Below are positions 26,568 through 37,515 of a stretch of 64,000 nt of DNA, piece by piece. Position 1 is the first letter of the stretch. The number at the start of each line of letters is the position of its first letter. The notes under the pieces are model-generated. The model made no database searches and was not told the DNA's origin. It saw only the letters and a list, made by a program, of their open reading frames with translations. The translations under genes and the position numbers were made by a program. This DNA comes from an uncultured Methanosarcinales archaeon. Its GTDB lineage: Archaea; Nanobdellota; Nanobdellia; Woesearchaeales; GW2011-AR4. Where the stretch lies: the NCBI GenBank assembly GCA_964438385.1, contig CAYTKI010000010.1:71530-135529 (forward strand), written 5' to 3'.

Positions 26568-28520
26568 CTAAATATCAATCCCTCTTTTCTTCTCAAGAAT
26601 GCATTTTTTAACAACGTCCAAAAACTCACTAGTGGCTATCCCAAAGCGCACCTTCCCATCCAATGTCCTCACCGCAACCGTGCCAGAAGACGCTTCCTTC
26701 TCCCCAACCGTCACGATAAGAGGCACATAATCAAGCTGCGCCTCGCGCACTTTTCGGGGAATGGACTCTGATCTTTTGTCCACCTCGACGCGGATGCCTT
26801 CAAGGGAAAGCTTTTGGGCAACGCTATCCGCATACTCATTGGACGCATCAGAGACCGTCACTATGCGCACCTGCTCTGGGGCAAGCCAGAGGGGGAACTT
26901 GCCTGCATAGAGTTCAATAAGGAATGAGATGAACCTCTCATGGGTGGACAAAGGCGCGCGATGGATGACATAGACTTCGGAATTATCCTTGCCATCGGAA
27001 TCGGCATATTTGAGCCCGAACCTCTCTTTGGCTGCGAAATCAAGCTGGATGGTTGACATCGTTTCTTCCCTCCCGCTCACTGCCCTGTACTGGATATCCA
27101 CCTTCGGCCCATAGAAGGCGGCTTCTCCCACTGCCTCGACGAATTTCACCTTGAGCTTTTTTAGCACGCTACGAAGAATTTCCTCGGTGTATGCCCAGCT
27201 CTTTGGCTCGCCAATGTACTTTTCCTTGTTCTTGGAATCATGAAGTGAGAGCCGGAAATGATAGTCCTCAAGCCCAAAGATAGCGTAATACTTCACTACG
27301 AGCTGAATGACATTTGAAAACTCTTCCTCAATCTGATCCTTTGTGCAATAGATGTGGGCATCGTTCATCGATAGCATCCGCACCCGTAGAAGGCCGGAGA
27401 GCGTTCCTGAAAGCTCATAGCGGTGGCACAGGCCGTATTCGGAGATCCTTAGGGGAAGCTCCCGGTAGCTTCGCGCTTTGTGGGAGAAGATCAGATGATG
27501 GTGCGGGCAGTTCATTGCCTTGAGATAGTAGCTGCCATCATCCAGCTTCATCTCAGGAAACATCGATTCAGCATAATAGGGGAGGTGCCCGGATTTTACG
27601 AACAACTCTTTTTTCCCAAGCATAGGGGTTGAGACTCTCTGATACCCGGCCCTGCGCTCCATCTCGATGGCAAAGTTCTCAATCTCCCGTTTGATTATCT
27701 CTCCCTTTGGGAGCCAGATGGGAAGCCCTTTCCCGACAAGTTCATGGGTCATGAATAGTCCCAGCTCCCGGCCGAGCTTCTTATGATCTCTCTTGGCGGC
27801 CTCTTCCTGCTGCTTGAGGTATCCATCAAGGTCCTTCTTATTCGCAAACGCGACGCCATAAATGCGGGTGAGCATGGGGTTCTTTTCAGATCCGCGCCAA
27901 TACGCACCCGCGATATGGGTGAGCTTGAATGCGTCTTGCTTGGCCATCTTCATACTGGGGAGATGGCCTCCTTTGCACAGGTCTGAATACCCCCCTGACG
28001 TGTAGAACGATACCTTTTTTGCGCCCTGCGAGAATTCCTCGATGAGCTCTATCTTGAATGGGTTGCCCTTGAAATCTTTCTTTGCCTCTGCCGCGGAAAG
28101 CTCCCTGCGCTCAAACGTATCCCAGCTGGGAAGGATCTCCCGCATCTTTGCCTCTATTTTTGGCAGATCTCCCTCAGTAATCGGATGCGAAAACTCAAAG
28201 TCAAAATAAAACCCATTCTCAATCGCAGGCCCAATTGTCCTTTTGGTATCCGGCCACATCTCCATCACCGCCGCAGCGAGAAGATGTGCGATGCTGTGGC
28301 GAAGGGCATCAAGGCCTTCTTTGTCCTTAAGCGTGATGATCCTAAGCGCGCAGTCCTTCTCAAGGGGAGCATGCAGATCTCTCAGCTCCGAATCAACAGC
28401 GACAGCCACCGCATCCTTCGCAAGCCGGGGCCCAATCCCCTGCGCTACCTCAAGCCCAGTAACGCCCTTCCGATGCTCCTTTCTCGACCCGTCAGGAAGC
28501 GTGATGGTTATTTTTCCCAT
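26568..28520 (-). CDS. thrS: threonyl-tRNA synthetase
   Basis: N-terminal TGS domain, editing-domain HxxxH (RHSIAHLL), class II catalytic core and a C-terminal anticodon-binding domain. 650 aa. Confidence 0.9.
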   Translation of the reverse strand: MGKITITLPDGSRKEHRKGVTGLEVAQGIGPRLAKDAVAVAVDSELRDLHAPLEKDCALRIITLKDKEGLDALRHSIAHLLAAAVMEMWPDTKRTIGPAIENGFYFDFEFSHPITEGDLPKIEAKMREILPSWDTFERRELSAAEAKKDFKGNPFKIELIEEFSQGAKKVSFYTSGGYSDLCKGGHLPSMKMAKQDAFKLTHIAGAYWRGSEKNPMLTRIYGVAFANKKDLDGYLKQQEEAAKRDHKKLGRELGLFMTHELVGKGLPIWLPKGEIIKREIENFAIEMERRAGYQRVSTPMLGKKELFVKSGHLPYYAESMFPEMKLDDGSYYLKAMNCPHHHLIFSHKARSYRELPLRISEYGLCHRYELSGTLSGLLRVRMLSMNDAHIYCTKDQIEEEFSNVIQLVVKYYAIFGLEDYHFRLSLHDSKNKEKYIGEPKSWAYTEEILRSVLKKLKVKFVEAVGEAAFYGPKVDIQYRAVSGREETMSTIQLDFAAKERFGLKYADSDGKDNSEVYVIHRAPLSTHERFISFLIELYAGKFPLWLAPEQVRIVTVSDASNEYADSVAQKLSLEGIRVEVDKRSESIPRKVREAQLDYVPLIVTVGEKEASSGTVAVRTLDGKVRFGIATSEFLDVVKKCILEKKRGIDI

Positions 28521-28586
28521 GAGAAGAAGCCGCCCAGCGCCGTTTATATATTTTGTTGTGGGATGGTACTTGTTAATCTACGAGTG

Positions 28587-29057
28587 TTATCTCTTTTTAC
28601 CTTTATTTTTCTTAAAGTCTTTCTCATGCTTGTATCTATTGCTACCCTCTTTAGCTATTTTTCCTTGCTTGATGAGCTCATAGCAGTCACCGCACTCTAT
28701 AGGGAAAGTTTTTGGATGGAGTTTATACTCCTCAAAAAATTTCTTTTGGAGTTCTGCTTTGAAAATAGTATCTTTTTTACAGCATTGACACTTATAAGGA
28801 ATATCTTCATAGTAGAATTTTGGCTTATGGCATTGGATACAGAATGGTATTTGCTTATATACATCTCCTTTTAGTGCCCCTTTAGGAATATCTATCTTAA
28901 ACGTCGGGTCAACCTCTCCTAAAGAGTACAAACGATCATCCAATATATAGCAGATATATGGAATACCTTTATGGATTCTGATATCTCTAATACATTCCTT
29001 TTTCCTTTTTTCAGTCAAGGATTTTAGAGGCCAAATATATTCTTCTTTCTGTTTCAT
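28587..29057 (-). CDS. Cys-rich small protein (three CxxC-like pairs) in a low-GC islet
   Basis: 156 aa with FCIQCH, YKCQCC and ECGDC motifs and Lys-rich tails. Codon usage is visibly AT-biased relative to its neighbours. Confidence 0.4.
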   Translation of the reverse strand: MKQKEEYIWPLKSLTEKRKKECIRDIRIHKGIPYICYILDDRLYSLGEVDPTFKIDIPKGALKGDVYKQIPFCIQCHKPKFYYEDIPYKCQCCKKDTIFKAELQKKFFEEYKLHPKTFPIECGDCYELIKQGKIAKEGSNRYKHEKDFKKNKGKKR

Positions 29058-29236
29058 CCCTTAGTTGGGACCAAACATTGTTTTAAACTTTTCTCTAACA
29101 ACTCCCATCTTATTCCGTCTTCTCTGTAACCCTTGCTTACCACAACCCTTATATACTAATTTCATTAAAAATACTAATTTTAACATTAAACTGATATAAT
29201 GTAATTATCTTAAAAATAATAAAATTAATAAACCGC

Positions 29237-29431
29237 ATGGAAGAGCCAAAATTCATCGCGAAAGTGAAGCTCACACGCCAAGGGCAATTAACCCTTCCCC
29301 AAGAGGCCCGCGCTAAGCTCAACATAGCCGCGGAATCCGACCTCTACTGGTATGAGCTCGACGGCTATCTTATATTGACCAAAGAAATAGACAGCCCAAA
29401 GGAGCTCCTAAGGAAGCTCAAGAGGAAATGA
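29237..29431 (+). CDS. AbrB/MazE (SpoVT-AbrB swapped-hairpin) domain protein
   Basis: KVKLTRQGQLTLPQEARAKLNI is a typical SpoVT/AbrB motif. Its stop overlaps the start of the vWA gene (ATGA). Confidence 0.6.
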   Translation: MEEPKFIAKVKLTRQGQLTLPQEARAKLNIAAESDLYWYELDGYLILTKEIDSPKELLRKLKRK

Positions 29432-29432
29432 G

Positions 29433-31307
29433 ATGGCATTCGCAGGTTTCACAAATCTTTTCGGCCTCTTTGCGCTCCTCTCCCTCATCCCCTTCATCAT
29501 CCTCTACCTGCGCAGGCCAAAGCCAAAAGACGAGGTAATACCGAGTTTGATGTTCCTTGTCCAGGAGAACCAGAAGGCAAAGCAGTACTCATTTCTCCAA
29601 AGATTCACTGCAAATATGCTCTTCTATCTCCAGCTCCTTGCCCTCCTTCTCCTCTCCATGGCAATCGCCTCTCCATTCATCAACATCTCCTATGATATCA
29701 CTAAAGAAAACACCGTGCTCATCATCGACGCCTCCGCATCCATGCAGGCAAAGGAAGGGGGAGAGACGCGCTTTGAGAAAGCGCTTGATGAGGCCAAAAA
29801 ATCCCTGAGCGGAAGAAACACCATTATCCTTGCAGAAAACAACCCAGTCATCGTGCTGGAGGAGGAAAGCACCGACCTTGCGGGAGATGTCCTAGGAAAG
29901 ATTAAACCGAGAGCCACTTCAACAAACCTAGGCGATGCCCTCCTTTTGGCAAAAGACATCCTAGGCGAGAGGCCTGGAAGGATAGTCATCATTAGCGATT
30001 TTCTGATGACTGAGGGCCCTGATGTACAGATTATTAAGACCCTGCTCACCGCGGAAAATAAGATTGTGGACTTTGTTGATGTCTCAGGGAAGGCAGAGAA
30101 CACGGGAATCATAAAGCTTGAGGTTGGAAAATTCACCTCAAAAGTATTCATCAAGAACTTTGACAATGCAGAGAAGAAGCGCAAAGTCGAGATAAAAAAA
30201 GACGGAAAAGCTCTCGCCTCATCAAACCTCATCACCCTCTCACCGTATTCGGTCGAGAATTTTGAATTCAACACTCCTCCGGGAGTGAGCACAATTGAGA
30301 TTTCCCCAAAGGACAATTTTGAATTGGACGATGTCGCCTATCTCGCGACTCCCGACAAGCTAAAGATTAATGTGCTCCTAATCACAAATCTCGACGATAA
30401 GGATCATCTCAATAACCTCGAGCTTGCGCTTCGTGCTGCGCAGGGCATCAATCTGCAGATAGTCAGCCCCCCCGTGCTCACCATCACCGAGTCAGGGGAA
30501 AAGATTGATCCCTACAAGCAAGACCTCATCATCATCTACCGCATCAAGCGCGAGAGCATCCTCCCAGGAACCTTTAATGATCTCAGGAAGTATGTGGAAA
30601 AAGGAGGATCTTTCATCTACGCAGCGCAGCAGGATTTGGGAAAGATGGATATGGATGATCTTGAGATTGTGGATATCAAAGGAGTCTCCTCCGCCCCCTC
30701 AAAAATCTGTGTGAATACAATCAATTCCATCACCCGGAATTTTGAGAAAGAGTCTTGCTTTACAACTGCCTCGCAATACCTCACAGGTGTGCCAAAGGAA
30801 AAAGCAATCACTTTCGCCTCAGCAAGCGGCAACCCTCTCATCTCGTATCGGGATTTTGAGGGAGGAAACGTCGCCTACTACGGCATCATGGATGAGACAA
30901 GCGACTTCAGAAACCTCCCTTCCTATCCCATCTTCTGGAACTCCCTTATCAATTTCATGGTGGGAACTGAGGATATCAAGTCCTACAATTACAACACCGG
31001 AACCATCGTAACCTTCGAGGAGCAGGAAGTGAAAACGCCATCTACATCCATTAAAGCCTCAAAAATTTTGCTTGATGAGCAGGGTATCTACAGTTTTTCC
31101 GGAAGAAAAGTCGCGGTAAATCTCCTAAACGAGAAAGAATCGGATATATCCGCGGAGAGCAAGAAGACCTCTCTCTCGGAGCGCGATGCGCTGCTTACAC
31201 AGGGGGATAGGCGCCATGATTTCAGTTTGGTCTTCCTCTTCAGTCTCTTTGCGCTCATCCTCGTCTTTGCAGAGCTTCTTTTTGTAAAATTCAGGGGGGA
31301 TGTTTGA
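29433..31307 (+). CDS. BatA-like membrane-anchored von Willebrand factor A (vWA) protein
   Basis: N-terminal transmembrane helices, a vWA MIDAS region (VLIIDASASM) and a C-terminal transmembrane anchor. Confidence 0.7.
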   Translation: MAFAGFTNLFGLFALLSLIPFIILYLRRPKPKDEVIPSLMFLVQENQKAKQYSFLQRFTANMLFYLQLLALLLLSMAIASPFINISYDITKENTVLIIDASASMQAKEGGETRFEKALDEAKKSLSGRNTIILAENNPVIVLEEESTDLAGDVLGKIKPRATSTNLGDALLLAKDILGERPGRIVIISDFLMTEGPDVQIIKTLLTAENKIVDFVDVSGKAENTGIIKLEVGKFTSKVFIKNFDNAEKKRKVEIKKDGKALASSNLITLSPYSVENFEFNTPPGVSTIEISPKDNFELDDVAYLATPDKLKINVLLITNLDDKDHLNNLELALRAAQGINLQIVSPPVLTITESGEKIDPYKQDLIIIYRIKRESILPGTFNDLRKYVEKGGSFIYAAQQDLGKMDMDDLEIVDIKGVSSAPSKICVNTINSITRNFEKESCFTTASQYLTGVPKEKAITFASASGNPLISYRDFEGGNVAYYGIMDETSDFRNLPSYPIFWNSLINFMVGTEDIKSYNYNTGTIVTFEEQEVKTPSTSIKASKILLDEQGIYSFSGRKVAVNLLNEKESDISAESKKTSLSERDALLTQGDRRHDFSLVFLFSLFALILVFAELLFVKFRGDV

Positions 31308-31400
31308 AATGGAAAGGGAAATAAGGGCAATCACTGGCTCCGCAGTCAAAGCATCCAAGCAACCTACTATCAAAAATACGATGCAAAGAGGTGCAATCAC

Positions 31401-33827
31401 ATGCTAATTCCAGACGTAAGCAGCGTACAGTGCATGGTCGGCTACTGCGTGCGCTATTCTTACCTGCTCTTCCTCATCATCCCCATGGTTCTCTTTTTGC
31501 TCTGGTTTATCCCAAAGACCTTCGTGAAGTTCTCAAACCGAATCGAGCAGAAAGAGTATGAGCAGTCCCGCCGCCCCCAAAGAAAAACATTCCTCATCCT
31601 CCGGCTGCTCGCCCTCTTATTCCTCATCATTGCGGTGGCTTCGCCATTCAAGCTCACCGATAAGACTGTCCAGGGAAACCCACGTCTCACCATTCTGGTT
31701 GACAATTCCACCTCAATGAAGCTCTTCAATCAGGAGATTGGCTCAGAGCTTTTTTCTGCCCTTGAGAATAAGATTCCAGTAAAGATTAGGACCATTGCTG
31801 CAGGAGAGGATTCTACACTCGGAACAGGGATTCTCAATCATCTCGAGGGGGGAGAGCACTTGCTCGTTGTCACCGACGGCAACAGTAATGGGGGGAAGCT
31901 CCTTGGGGATGTCATGCTCTTCGCATCCCAAATCAACGCGACCATCAGCACTCTCAGCCTCCAGGCAACAAATAGCGATGCGGGAGTAATAATCAATGGC
32001 CCAACTGAGCTCATAAAGGATAATGAAGGCAGCTTCACTGTTGTCATTAGCAATGTCGGCAAGGATCAATCCTATCATGTGCGCGTGGTGGTTGATGGCT
32101 CTGAAACAGTCATTGATGAGGATGCAAAAGGCAGCAAATCCTACCCTCTCCAGCGCAAATTCTCTGACCCTGGCTCCCACACCTTAACAGCGGAGATTTC
32201 CAACCTGGATGACTATTTTCCTCAGAATAACATTTTTTACAAGAGCATAAAAGTGGTGCCGCGCCCCCACATCCTCTTTGTGGCGGATAAGGAATCCCCA
32301 CTGCAGAAGGAGCTGGAGCGCCTTTATTTGGTTGATGTGCTCCCCTCCATTCCCCCCTCCCTCAATCAGTACATGGCAATAATCCTTGACGATATTCCTG
32401 CATCGCGCATTTTGCCCTCCTTTGATGGGCTTAACGAGTTTGTTGATGATGGCAATGGCCTTGTAGTCATTGGCGGCCCGCGCTCCTATGAATCCGGCGG
32501 CTACAAGGGAACGCTTTTCGAAACCCTTTTGCCCGTGAAGATGGGATCGGGCGAGGAGGGAAACAAAAGCGATGTGAATATCGTCGTGGTGATAGATATT
32601 TCCGACTCAAGCGCTGAAGAAATACCCTATTTCAAGGCATTCGCCCTCAGTATCCTCGATTCCCTTGACAAGAATAACAATGTAGGCATTGTTGCATTCA
32701 ATTCAGAGGCATATGAGGTTGCGCCAATACTCCCCCTTAAATCGCAGGAAAAAGAGATTCGGGACAAAATATCCAAGCTTTCCTACGATGGCCAGTCTTA
32801 TTTCCATTATGGGCTGCAGGGGGCATATAATCTTCTCAAGGATGTTGGAGGAAGCAAGAACATTATCCTCATCACCGATGGCTACACAACCTACCGCAAG
32901 CTGCAGGAGGACACCATGGAGACTGCGCGCAATCTTAATGCGCGAGGCGTTACCGTTTATACTGTAGGTGTTGGTGAGAAGAGAGACAACCTATTCATTG
33001 ACAATGTGGCGCGGCTGGGTGGGGGGATTTATTTTGCCGTTGATGCCGAGAATAAACTCAAAGTTATCTTTGGAAAACCAGACCCAAGCCAGGAGCCGGA
33101 ATACTTCAACTCTCTCATTACGCTAGATAGCACGCATTTCATCACCCGCCAAGTCGATCTGCGCGCGACCATTGCCGGCTACAACTATGTTGTTCCAAAG
33201 CCCGCGGCGAGCCTGCTAATCACCACCAACAAAAATATACCCATCCTTGTGGTGTGGAGATTTGGGCTCGGAAGAGTCGTGACGCTTGCGAGCGATGATG
33301 GCAGCAGGTGGGCAGGGGAGCTTCTAAACAAAAGGAACTCGGCTCTTCTCACAAAGACGGTGAATTGGGCAATTGGGGATCTTGCGCGAAAGCAGGCATT
33401 TGACATCACCATCCGCGACACTACCGTTGGGAAGTCAACTTCCGTTGATGTGGTTTCCTCGGACATGCCGCAGGAAAAGGGGCTTCTTTTTGTAAAGATG
33501 GACACCAATTTTTACTCCGCTGAATACGCCCCCGATAAGGGGGGGTTCTTCACGCTCCTAGGAGCGACTGCGGCAGCGAATTTCCCCCTCGAATATGCTC
33601 GCCTTGGTATGAGCGCAGAATTCCTCAAGCTGGTGGAAGCGACAGGCGGAGAGGCCTTCAGCCCCCAGGAAGTCGATAAGATCATCGAGTTTGTCAAGGC
33701 AAAATCCAAGCGCAAAAAGATTGATTCTATTGACCTCAGGTGGCCGTTCCTTATCGCAGCAATATTTTTCTTCCTCCTCGACATCACCTACCGAAAGATC
33801 AAGGAAAGCAGGGGCGATCGGAGATGA
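31401..33827 (+). CDS. BatB-like membrane protein with two vWA domains
   Basis: N-terminal transmembrane helix, vWA domain 1 (ILVDNSTSM), vWA domain 2 (VVVIDISDSS...ITDGYTTYRK) and a C-terminal transmembrane helix. Confidence 0.7.
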   Translation: MLIPDVSSVQCMVGYCVRYSYLLFLIIPMVLFLLWFIPKTFVKFSNRIEQKEYEQSRRPQRKTFLILRLLALLFLIIAVASPFKLTDKTVQGNPRLTILVDNSTSMKLFNQEIGSELFSALENKIPVKIRTIAAGEDSTLGTGILNHLEGGEHLLVVTDGNSNGGKLLGDVMLFASQINATISTLSLQATNSDAGVIINGPTELIKDNEGSFTVVISNVGKDQSYHVRVVVDGSETVIDEDAKGSKSYPLQRKFSDPGSHTLTAEISNLDDYFPQNNIFYKSIKVVPRPHILFVADKESPLQKELERLYLVDVLPSIPPSLNQYMAIILDDIPASRILPSFDGLNEFVDDGNGLVVIGGPRSYESGGYKGTLFETLLPVKMGSGEEGNKSDVNIVVVIDISDSSAEEIPYFKAFALSILDSLDKNNNVGIVAFNSEAYEVAPILPLKSQEKEIRDKISKLSYDGQSYFHYGLQGAYNLLKDVGGSKNIILITDGYTTYRKLQEDTMETARNLNARGVTVYTVGVGEKRDNLFIDNVARLGGGIYFAVDAENKLKVIFGKPDPSQEPEYFNSLITLDSTHFITRQVDLRATIAGYNYVVPKPAASLLITTNKNIPILVVWRFGLGRVVTLASDDGSRWAGELLNKRNSALLTKTVNWAIGDLARKQAFDITIRDTTVGKSTSVDVVSSDMPQEKGLLFVKMDTNFYSAEYAPDKGGFFTLLGATAAANFPLEYARLGMSAEFLKLVEATGGEAFSPQEVDKIIEFVKAKSKRKKIDSIDLRWPFLIAAIFFFLLDITYRKIKESRGDRR

Positions 33828-33951
33828 GTAGAAACAAAAGGCCGATTAACAATACCTTAAACATTTTGAACACTATCCACAATATTAATAAACAATATAT
33901 GGGAAAAATTCAGTTAATGGGTTTACTAATGGCAAAAAGAGAGGATACGCT

Positions 33952-34446
33952 ATGGCAGTGATGAGAAGAGATGTCAATTTGGGCTTGCTGTTTCTGATTG
34001 TCGCGACCTTAGTCATTTTCGCAGGATTCACAGTCTACTACCAGACCACATTCAAGAATGTTTCCAATGAGTACAAGACCAAGCTTACTGAGCTTGAGAA
34101 AGTTTCAAGTGAACTGAATACCAAGAAAAAAGAGCTGACCCAGACCAGCCAGACTCTCCAGTTAAAAGAGACAAGAGAGCAGGACCTGAGCGGAAAATAC
34201 ACTACGGTCACCAAGGAAAAAGAGCAGCTTGAGACGGATAAGGCTGGGCTGCAATCAGACTTGCAGAACACAAAGAGCGAACTTACCACAAAGCTACAGG
34301 AATTAAAGGATACCCAGGACAAGCTCGCGCAAACCATCGTAATATATGAAAAGGACATCAGGACGCTCAATGACCGCATAAAGAGCTTAAACAGTGAAAA
34401 AGACTGCCTGAAATCAAAGGCAGACGCTGATGAGGGGAGCTGCTGA
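33952..34446 (+). CDS. N-terminally anchored coiled-coil protein
   Basis: One transmembrane helix followed by ~130 aa of heptad-rich Q/K/E/L-rich sequence. Confidence 0.5.
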   Translation: MAVMRRDVNLGLLFLIVATLVIFAGFTVYYQTTFKNVSNEYKTKLTELEKVSSELNTKKKELTQTSQTLQLKETREQDLSGKYTTVTKEKEQLETDKAGLQSDLQNTKSELTTKLQELKDTQDKLAQTIVIYEKDIRTLNDRIKSLNSEKDCLKSKADADEGSC

Positions 34447-35219
34447 TGCAGGATTTTGGCAGGGCAATGCGGGAAGTGAAGCGTACGCTTAACCAGATAT
34501 TCTTCTTTGAGGTGCTGCTTAGCAGTCTGCTCGTCTTCCTGGGGATCTATCTCCTGCTGCTTCTCCTCAACCTGAGCGCGGCCCTTGCTTTCTTTCCCGC
34601 AGGTGTCTATTTTTTTGTGGCAGCATACCTGCGATTCAGCACAAACAAGGCGCGTGTTGTCGAGGGAAAGCATTCTGCTTTGCGCGAGAAGCTGAGGACT
34701 GCGGCGGATTACATGGGCAGGGAAAACCCAATGGTTGAGGAGCTTGAAGGGGATGTCTTGCGGGAGATGCGCAATGTCGGCATATCCCAATTCGTGAATG
34801 CGCGCGGCATTTCATACAAAATCCTTATCATCACTCTACTTTCCTTCGGTATCATCTTCAGCTCCACCCTCGATATCCACTTCATCGATCTCAAGGAGCT
34901 TGGCATTTTTTGGGGGAATGATGATAGGCAAAAGTCCAAGGGGGCGGGGGATTTTGATGCAGTCAAGCTTAAGAGCGATGAGGATATCTACGGCGAAGAT
35001 GATGTTGCCCAGTTGGGCAGCAACGAGCTCGACATTCGGATCATGCCGGTGGACTTCAAAGTTTCCGTGAAAGAGGAGGGCGATCTTGAAGTTGGAAATT
35101 TTAATGATATCTTTCCCAAGGATGCGTACCTTAAAGAAGGGGAGGAGCTGCGCGAGGACATCGCAAAAGAAGACCAGGAGATTGTGAAAAATTACTTTAA
35201 GGGGTTGGCGGCGACATGA
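34446..35219 (+). CDS. integral membrane protein (Bat operon member)
   Basis: Start overlaps the previous stop. Multiple transmembrane helices and an acidic C-terminal region. Confidence 0.5.
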   Translation: MQDFGRAMREVKRTLNQIFFFEVLLSSLLVFLGIYLLLLLLNLSAALAFFPAGVYFFVAAYLRFSTNKARVVEGKHSALREKLRTAADYMGRENPMVEELEGDVLREMRNVGISQFVNARGISYKILIITLLSFGIIFSSTLDIHFIDLKELGIFWGNDDRQKSKGAGDFDAVKLKSDEDIYGEDDVAQLGSNELDIRIMPVDFKVSVKEEGDLEVGNFNDIFPKDAYLKEGEELREDIAKEDQEIVKNYFKGLAAT

Positions 35220-35267
35220 TGCACTCTAACCAAAAAATCATGATAACCACTGATAATCTCCCCTATC

Positions 35268-35402
35268 ATTATTGCCCAAGCAATAATTGTTTTAAATTTC
35301 AACAAATCAAAAACTATAGTGGAGCACATAAGTAATTAATAATCCAATAGCTCCACTATGTTTGGAGAACAATACAAATCCCATTAAAGATTATTGTTCT
35401 CC
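35268..35402 (+). terminator. three consecutive perfect hairpins downstream of the vWA/membrane operon
   Basis: ATTATTGC-CCAA-GCAATAAT (35268-35287) followed by a T-rich run. ATAGTGGAGC...GCTCCACTAT (35316-35359). GGAGAACAATA...TATTGTTCTCC (35364-35402). Confidence 0.35.
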
Positions 35403-35507
35403 ATTATAACTCAATGCCAAGGCAAAATAAAAAACCAATGGAAATTATAAGCAGAAATTACCAATCATTTACAATCACAATCCTAAAACTGGACAATGGA
35501 AAGAAGT

Positions 35508-35592
35508 AAAAAAACTAAAAACTAAAAACTAAAAACTAAAAACTAAAAACTAAAAACTAAAAACTAAAAACTAAAAACCAAAAACCAAAAAA
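35508..35592. repeat. tandem heptanucleotide repeat (CTAAAAA)x9 plus (CCAAAAA)x2, 35 bp upstream of the moxR start
   Basis: Read directly from the sequence. Perfect 7-bp periodicity over about 85 bp. Confidence 0.9.
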
Positions 35593-35626
35593 TCTATTTA
35601 AAAACACAATACCCAGAGGTGACGTC

Positions 35627-36562
<936 letters not shown>

Positions 36563-36641
36563 GCCAAGGCGAACACGAAGAGAGGCGTCTCTCCCGTGAG
36601 CAAAGCAAGGTGTTTGTCACAAAAAAAAGAAATGAGATCCT

Positions 36642-37490
36642 ATGATAGACGCATCTTTTTTGGACCAATTAAGCAAGTTCCACCTCATCATCAACAAGAG
36701 GGTGACTTCTAATTACATAGGGCAGAAAAAATCCACTTCTGCTGGAAGGGGCATGACATTCAAGGACTACCGCATCTACGCTCCAGGGGATGATATCCGC
36801 CTCATAGACTGGAAAGTGTTTGCGCGCACAGACCACCTCTACATCAAGAGCTACGAGGAAGAGCGCAACATGACGGTGCATATTGTTGCGGATTGCTCCG
36901 CCTCCATGAATTTCGGAAAGCCAATCAGCAAGTGGGACTATGCCTCAATGCTTGGCGTCGGTTATGCCTACCTTGCCATGCGGGACAATGAAAAACTGCA
37001 ATTTGCGACGTTCTCCGATAATCTGGAAGTTTTCCAGCCAAAAAGAGGGGCTGGCCACCTGCTCAACATGATAGCGCACCTCAACAGCATCAAGCCAAAG
37101 GGACTCTCCCAGATGAGAAACGCGCTCTATGAGTACCGAAAAGTCATCGGCACCAAGGCAATGATTGTGGTGATTTCTGATTTCCTTCTCAATTTCAACG
37201 ACATCAAAGAGTCACTCTATCAGTTGGTAGGGAACGAGGTCAAGGTGATCCAGGTGCTGGACAATGTGGAAAAGGAGCTTAAGATGGAAGGTGACTATAA
37301 GCTAATCGACAGCGAGACCAAGGGCATCTTCCGCACCTTCATCTCTCCCCGTATGCGCTCCCAGTATCAGCAGCAGCTGGATAGCCACTGTGCCAAGATT
37401 GAAAAGATATGCAATCAGCTTGGATTTGATTATCATCTTGTCACGACCAATGTGCCGATTTTTGAGACGTTCTATAAATTGTTGAATTAG
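36642..37490 (+). CDS. DUF58 protein (vWA-like partner of MoxR)
   Basis: DYRIYAPGDDIRLIDWKVFARTD and VADCSASM motifs typical of DUF58. Confidence 0.8.
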   Translation: MIDASFLDQLSKFHLIINKRVTSNYIGQKKSTSAGRGMTFKDYRIYAPGDDIRLIDWKVFARTDHLYIKSYEEERNMTVHIVADCSASMNFGKPISKWDYASMLGVGYAYLAMRDNEKLQFATFSDNLEVFQPKRGAGHLLNMIAHLNSIKPKGLSQMRNALYEYRKVIGTKAMIVVISDFLLNFNDIKESLYQLVGNEVKVIQVLDNVEKELKMEGDYKLIDSETKGIFRTFISPRMRSQYQQQLDSHCAKIEKICNQLGFDYHLVTTNVPIFETFYKLLN

Positions 37491-37515
37491 AAAAAAATAA
37501 TCTATGTAACCTAAT

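Noticed and set aside
35508-35592. Tandem repeats at 35508-35592 and 42659-42720 considered as CRISPR arrays.
   Set aside because: Units are 7 and 9 bp with no spacers and there are no cas genes, so they are simple tandem repeats and T-tract arrays, not CRISPR.
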